Below, in pieces: positions 61,201-64,000 of a stretch of DNA of 64,000 nucleotides (position 1 is its first letter; each line of letters starts with the position of its first letter). The stretch covers positions 130,551 through 194,550 of the forward strand of contig JAZUBT010000007.1 of assembly GCA_045638685.1 (NCBI GenBank), given 5' to 3'. The notes beneath the pieces are model-generated. The model did not search any database and was not told the origin of the DNA. It saw nothing but the letters and a program-made list of their open reading frames with translations. Position numbers and translations under genes: made by a program. Origin of the DNA: Eubacteriales bacterium (GTDB lineage: Bacteria > Bacillota > Clostridia > Oscillospirales > CAG-272).

Positions 61201-64000
61201 TTTCTAAGATCAACCCCCGTTATTTTAGGTAAATACGTACCTGCATTTTTAGCATAGAATATTATATCCACGTATTTGCCTTGTACGTTAGGCAAAAACT
61301 CGTATTTTTCTCCGTTAAAATCGATATAGAAATCTTCTATACCCATTCTATTAATATCAACGTCGCTAATACCCGATATTCTATAAACGCGGCATTGATT
61401 TTCACCGTTATAAATCAATCGGTCGTCGTTTATCCATGCACCCGTTAATTCTTTAGGCTCAATCTCAAACTGTGTGCTTGTTGTCGATATAATATAGTTA
61501 TCATTTACAATTTTTTGAAGAGATATGTTATACGTTCCTACGTTAGTAGCGTAAAAAGCAATCTCGATTTTTCCGTTTCCTTGTGAAATAATTTCGTAAT
61601 TGCACTCGGAATTAAATACAAAATAATTGCTTAATACCGCATTGGTATATTTTGTCTCATCACCCCTCAAGAATCCGGAAATGGTAAGTATCTCGCACTG
61701 TGCATTGCCACTGTATACGGCTGCTGTATTACTCCATGTAGCGCTTAACTCTGCTTTTGTTATCTCAAGTGTCTTATTAACCGATGCAAAAACATAGTTA
61801 GTATTGGTAAAGTTTTCTAACAGTATATCATAACTGCCTATATCTGTTGCGGAAAACGTAAATTTACCGTTACTTGATGAATAATTCTTGCTAACGAGAT
61901 TAGGCGTTATACAGGTAAAGTTTGCAAGTGTTACGTTACCTCTGTCTCTGTTGACTATACCGTCTATCGTTAAATCGAACACGACCGAGCCACCCGTGTA
62001 CTGCTTTTGAGTGCTTCCCCATACAATAGAAATCGGTTTCGGCAGTATATTCCATTCCTTGTACGAAACAATAGCGGGATCAAGCATATAGTTGTCATTA
62101 TCTACCCCGATTATTTCAGTAACATAATGACCCGCATCAGTTCCGCCATCGCTTTTAAGCACAAACCTTACTTCATCGTTTAAACACATTCCGTTAATGT
62201 TAGGAATTAAGTTATGCTTGATACCATCATATACAATTTCAAAACGGTCGTTCCAACGAACGTCGCTTTGATCCCAGTTTGCAGTTACAGGCTTCGGGGT
62301 GATGGTTATTGATGAATATAAATAACCAATGTTATAGTTATCACGCTCCTCACCTATGTTTTCAAACGTATATCTAACTCCATACGCTTCCGCCCTAACT
62401 TTAATAGGTCCAACGTTAGAAGTGTAATCTCCGTCAATATCATATGACTTAGATACCTTAATGGTAGACGGAAGATTATGCGTATAGTTTAACTCTTGAG
62501 GCATTCCGTTATAAACTCTTGTTACGGCATCCACCTCTTCAATGGAAGACAAATCGATATCCTTCTTGTTTATGTTGATAGAATATTCCTGCGAAGACGC
62601 TGCCTTTTCTCCTGTATCTGCGGTTGCAATAATTTCTATCTTGTATACACCCGATTCCGCAACGTTTCTCAACGAATAATTGAAAATACTGCTATTATTG
62701 GAAGTATTTAATTCCCGAATAATCCGGTAGGTCCCGTTGGGGTTGCGTTTTTTCCAATTACACGTCAGCGTTACTTTATCAGAAACGTGTGCATACGATG
62801 CCATATAATTTATTATTTGAGATTCATCAAATCCAAACGTTAAATTACTACCTTTATATACAACGTTATTTACTTTAGTCTCGTAAGAAAGCTCTGGACG
62901 TTCAAGCTGCCACTCGGCTTTGATTCTTATTACGTCTTCTTCAGAGTTAAGCAGATCTGCTGTTTTTTCAACAACGGTATTACCGTTTTTCCATTTCAAA
63001 GACGCAAATCCAACCCTGGAAATGTCTCCTCCGTCCTTTTGAAGTTTCGGAAACGTTATCGACTCATTTATATCGGAAGAGCTTACGAAGTAAATCGTTG
63101 TAATGCGCTCGTTATACGGATAATAGTTAGACCAGTCAAGCTCGACAGCTTTAATCTTATCCCAACGCGCATATATCGTGGTGTCATCGGTAAAATTAAC
63201 CACCTTAGAGTCGGAAAAATCACATTCAAGGGTGTATTTATCGTCTCTGTACCATCCTCTGAAGGCATGTCCTTGTTTGGATTCGAATCCGTCACTGGTA
63301 TAGCGATACGCATTGTACAGAACTGTATCCTTAATAAAGGTGCTCGTCTCCTCGCCGTCATTTTTTAGCGAGGTTATATCTAATACGGCATTATTTTTTT
63401 GAAGTATTTTACTGGACAGATATTTATCGGTATTGGTTTCAAAGTCAATAACAATATAATCTTCACCTGATATCAAATCGAAAACCTTACGACTGTCAAA
63501 AAACTTCTCTCTGTACTGATTATATAGATTAACGGGAACGTTAACCTGCAAATCAAAGCTTTCATAATCTGCATCTACAACACTGTTTTCATTTTTTATA
63601 TTTACCAAAGAAAGCTTTTGGGAGTTAAAACAGCTGCGAGTAATGGAACACGTCGAAAAAACGTTAACCGTCTGAACTTCTTTTCCTGTAATTGCATTTT
63701 TACCAATGGTCTCCAAAGAAGCGGGCAAATCGATTTCTTTGATCTTGTTTAAGTTAATAGCGTTGCTTTCAATCAAAACAACGTTACTGTTCAAAACACC
63801 GTTTGCATTATACTCGCCTATTTGGATGCTGTTAATTACACCTTCGTCGGTTATCGCATTTTTTAGAATACCAACTACCGGCTTATCGTTGTACGTCAAC
63901 GGAATAACTACTTTATCATTTTTTCCATAATATATACCGGAAACGTAGTATCCATCCTTATAGCCTTTCTCGTTTTCAAGATACTTATACTGTACAACAC
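55251..64000 (-). CDS. giant (>2900 aa) surface protein: N-terminal BspA-type LRR, one B-repeat, about 30 MBG-like Ig-type modules; 5' end beyond the window
   Basis: The track ORF starts at TTG 63899, but own translation shows the frame stays open to position 64000 (..VVQYKYLENEKGYKDGYYVSGIYYGKNDKVVIPLTYNDKP..). Repeated modules are of the type YTYDG..K.V......NAGTYT....V.N.NY......W.I.K. No C-terminal anchor. Confidence 0.75.
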   Translation of the reverse strand, partial: VVQYKYLENEKGYKDGYYVSGIYYGKNDKVVIPLTYNDKPVVGILKNAITDEGVINSIQIGEYNANGVLNSNVVLIESNAINLNKIKEIDLPASLETIGKNAITGKEVQTVNVFSTCSITRSCFNSQKLSLVNIKNENSVVDADYESFDLQVNVPVNLYNQYREKFFDSRKVFDLISGEDYIVIDFETNTDKYLSSKILQKNNAVLDITSLKNDGEETSTFIKDTVLYNAYRYTSDGFESKQGHAFRGWYRDDKYTLECDFSDSKVVNFTDDTTIYARWDKIKAVELDWSNYYPYNERITTIYFVSSSDINESITFPKLQKDGGDISRVGFASLKWKNGNTVVEKTADLLNSEEDVIRIKAEWQLERPELSYETKVNNVVYKGSNLTFGFDESQIINYMASYAHVSDKVTLTCNWKKRNPNGTYRIIRELNTSNNSSIFNYSLRNVAESGVYKIEIIATADTGEKAASSQEYSININKKDIDLSSIEEVDAVTRVYNGMPQELNYTHNLPSTIKVSKSYDIDGDYTSNVGPIKVRAEAYGVRYTFENIGEERDNYNIGYLYSSITITPKPVTANWDQSDVRWNDRFEIVYDGIKHNLIPNINGMCLNDEVRFVLKSDGGTDAGHYVTEIIGVDNDNYMLDPAIVSYKEWNILPKPISIVWGSTQKQYTGGSVVFDLTIDGIVNRDRGNVTLANFTCITPNLVSKNYSSSNGKFTFSATDIGSYDILLENFTNTNYVFASVNKTLEITKAELSATWSNTAAVYSGNAQCEILTISGFLRGDETKYTNAVLSNYFVFNSECNYEIISQGNGKIEIAFYATNVGTYNISLQKIVNDNYIISTTSTQFEIEPKELTGAWINDDRLIYNGENQCRVYRISGISDVDINRMGIEDFYIDFNGEKYEFLPNVQGKYVDIIFYAKNAGTYLPKITGVDLRKFYNNFTFSNAVDYSFSIQPKVLEVEWDAPQYTYDDTEKTVKVKKIVNICGNDVIDFIYSNNTATNAGTYTASIKVDNNPNYVTNSACNKTWTIQKRALSYVIETVDKNNAVIPSPVYDGKYKYFKIKYSGFMGNDLLSVVDNNFTYTFNGDTNIKKETDMIEGSCYVSRFKAIDAQNYKVTLNEYTLENYTINITDLTFAIEQLEVEISWDYVSPFTYAGQLYTVNAVVTNRCEREDLQTLDLVSTIILGGNGTNAGRYEASVISVDNKNYKVTPQAFKLEWVILQREIAVNWSSENSFEFNAMHQSKIASIINLYNSDSVQLVYSYSLMNSNGVYNSFSENVSTVSKGFYKVKISQLTGDDAANYKLPETSQESDYEIIPRRLTVDISYSAHTYNGEMVPVITLQIGNFPTEKESNFFSVDNVHNQSNATLTKEVAYSSHCVFNYVASNAGVYTAEIIGCKNNDNYVIDPCAEVSSVINRRIVTVTWPTLSEYTYDGSGKNFAASVSNVVGNDVVPILYSFSGDSYLGQTITSTTMKDAGVYTLSVVSVDNSNYTVVGASNLEKTFTINRKDITVMYSGVNFVYNGKYQGVTLDISGYVLSDAHLFDTNPLEYSHNGNNGNDSYTASSLKLTAVNAGKYTVTVSDLSSIFDDSNYKLKSPLNITYIISPKPVIVDWSDSALTYNGTTQYVTPTVNSDSIYTNVLTGVKDTVNLVYNGCSGIDAKNYTATLTGISNGNYCLPSTVNHAWVIGKKSLQITWSDTNVFTYSGQPKNVTMTISGFVANDLNEKTASSFTASDSTMSIDRFTISGTSAVLTFTQTNAGTYYYQLSSISNSGNYSFSAPKGTMTINKRVAELEWDYSNPFTYDGLAHVVGCTVKNVCTGDTVTVKLSNYSKTNAGSYTATATGLSNSNYTLPTQGLSKTWIINKAVLNFSWESLDAFEYDGINHTVKVIVTGFAGVDAAPKLSNFGYSFEKVSTPTLSYNNGTAELSVSIKDAGTYSFSLNSYNGNYVLADDSEKTKTVTITKKAVTSMWIGDESYIYSGTTHGKTLKIIGIASSDISSFKNYLTVSGDILTPTVKENSDGISLIFSAVNAKTYNINVSGNSKLANYIFDETANRLIINKKELEVSWTGAGFDYNGDTKEIKAIVTGFVNGEGASQTLGNFNYSFAGQTPKLTQQDNAVGFSVSIKDVGTYDFSIYGYNGNYVLSASQKRAIVSPRTVTVEWSGADSYTYSGKAQGKVLKISGIASGDISSFKNYLTVSGDSVITKIEENGDGISYFFEAINAKTYSFKVSGNPNLTNYIFNETVNSFTINKKALQVSWSGAGFNYDGSTKEIKAKVTGFVNGEEASQTVGNFSYSFAGETPKLVKHSNAVELLVLVKDVGTYGFSIYGYNGNYVLSASQKQVVVSPRVVTIEWSGADSYVYNGSAQGKTLKISGIASSDISSFKNYLEVSGDALTSKVEENGDGISYFFGAINARETPYKFNVAGNDELKNYTFEAQNNVAFSITPRELTISWESSSGYFTNEYFGGDYTVKAIISGFVNSEGGSQSFNNFVYSFGTLDTSISQDNASVVLSVSVSDANTYTFNVTGYNGKNYILPENAEKTKTFTVTPKAVTLTWSGADNYVYTGEKQGKTLKISGIVAKDVSSFKDYLITSGDIVPEIRESSNGLSYYFGNANAKTTSYTFSIRSNEKLNNYTFAAQNNVSFSIAPKELTAEWSTSTGNASDMYDGTEKIVTLTVKGFVNVESFNDVFVSNYQYSYDNSVTGVIKLIFKVKDSGNYNISVFSLNNTNYIFESTSNTYTVNQRQITANWTGTASDYSGEEQGYVLELSGILSSDIDSVRKSLIYDSNANVTVSKNETGIIYTFKATDAGEYYITVELNFALLNYDFDGEGHTFTIEKRIITVDETKIALGETSFLGLVEGEQAPECQLNVYSDSTLKTLVTEFTEPGVYYYTVVLADDSNYELSNGIGSFEVGES
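56266..58600. repeat. tandem ~576-bp (192-codon) near-identical repeats inside the MBG-repeat gene
   Basis: The anchor gcaattccgctgattttta.. recurs at 56875 and 57451, with gcgattccgataatctt at 58027 (576-bp spacing). A more diverged copy lies near 56266. Confidence 0.8.

Overview
The window looks like a low-to-mid GC Firmicutes/Clostridia chromosome segment (taxonomy inferred from gene content and order; no search was run).

Positions 1-37 kb are mostly housekeeping:
- lon (partial)
- tRNA-Arg/His, an AraC-type regulator, a MATE exporter, tRNA-Arg
- a minus-strand block miaB-mutS-mutL-tgt
- a CpsB/CpsC/CpsD phosphotyrosine module with no glycosyltransferases
- a P-type Ca-ATPase, rpmE, efp, glyQS, tRNA-Ser and tRNA-Thr
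- trxA with a mini ferredoxin-thioredoxin-reductase-like gene
- a DtxR-type repressor with a GH127-like gene, and an HtrA-type protease

Four accessory items stand out:
1. A compact operon (21.5-23.0 kb) encodes an HprK-like P-loop protein, a PqqD-like recognition element and an S24 peptidase. It has no cyclase, radical-SAM enzyme, transporter or annotated precursor. An array of ~34-bp-spaced repeats lies upstream. This is my best candidate for an undescribed peptide-modification system.
2. A ~10.8-kb island sits in the 3' end of tRNA-Leu(CAG), bounded by a 17-bp direct repeat (37334-37350 and 48103-48119). It carries a large serine recombinase, a tyrosine integrase, an internal 24-bp direct repeat pair and a 1607-aa surface protein with a Gly/Asn-rich region followed by B-repeats.
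3. Two overlapping giant minus-strand genes occupy 49-64 kb. One is a 2079-aa protein with a cytoplasmic domain, transmembrane helices, a BspA-type LRR ectodomain and a C-terminal helix. The other is an MBG-like repeat protein of more than 2900 aa that runs off the window. Both contain long tandem intragenic DNA repeats.
4. A decayed fragment of a mobile-element polyvalent-type gene lies at 14.0-15.4 kb.

No CRISPR array and no rRNA were seen. All coordinates of RNAs, hairpins, promoters and repeats were derived by hand from the sequence.
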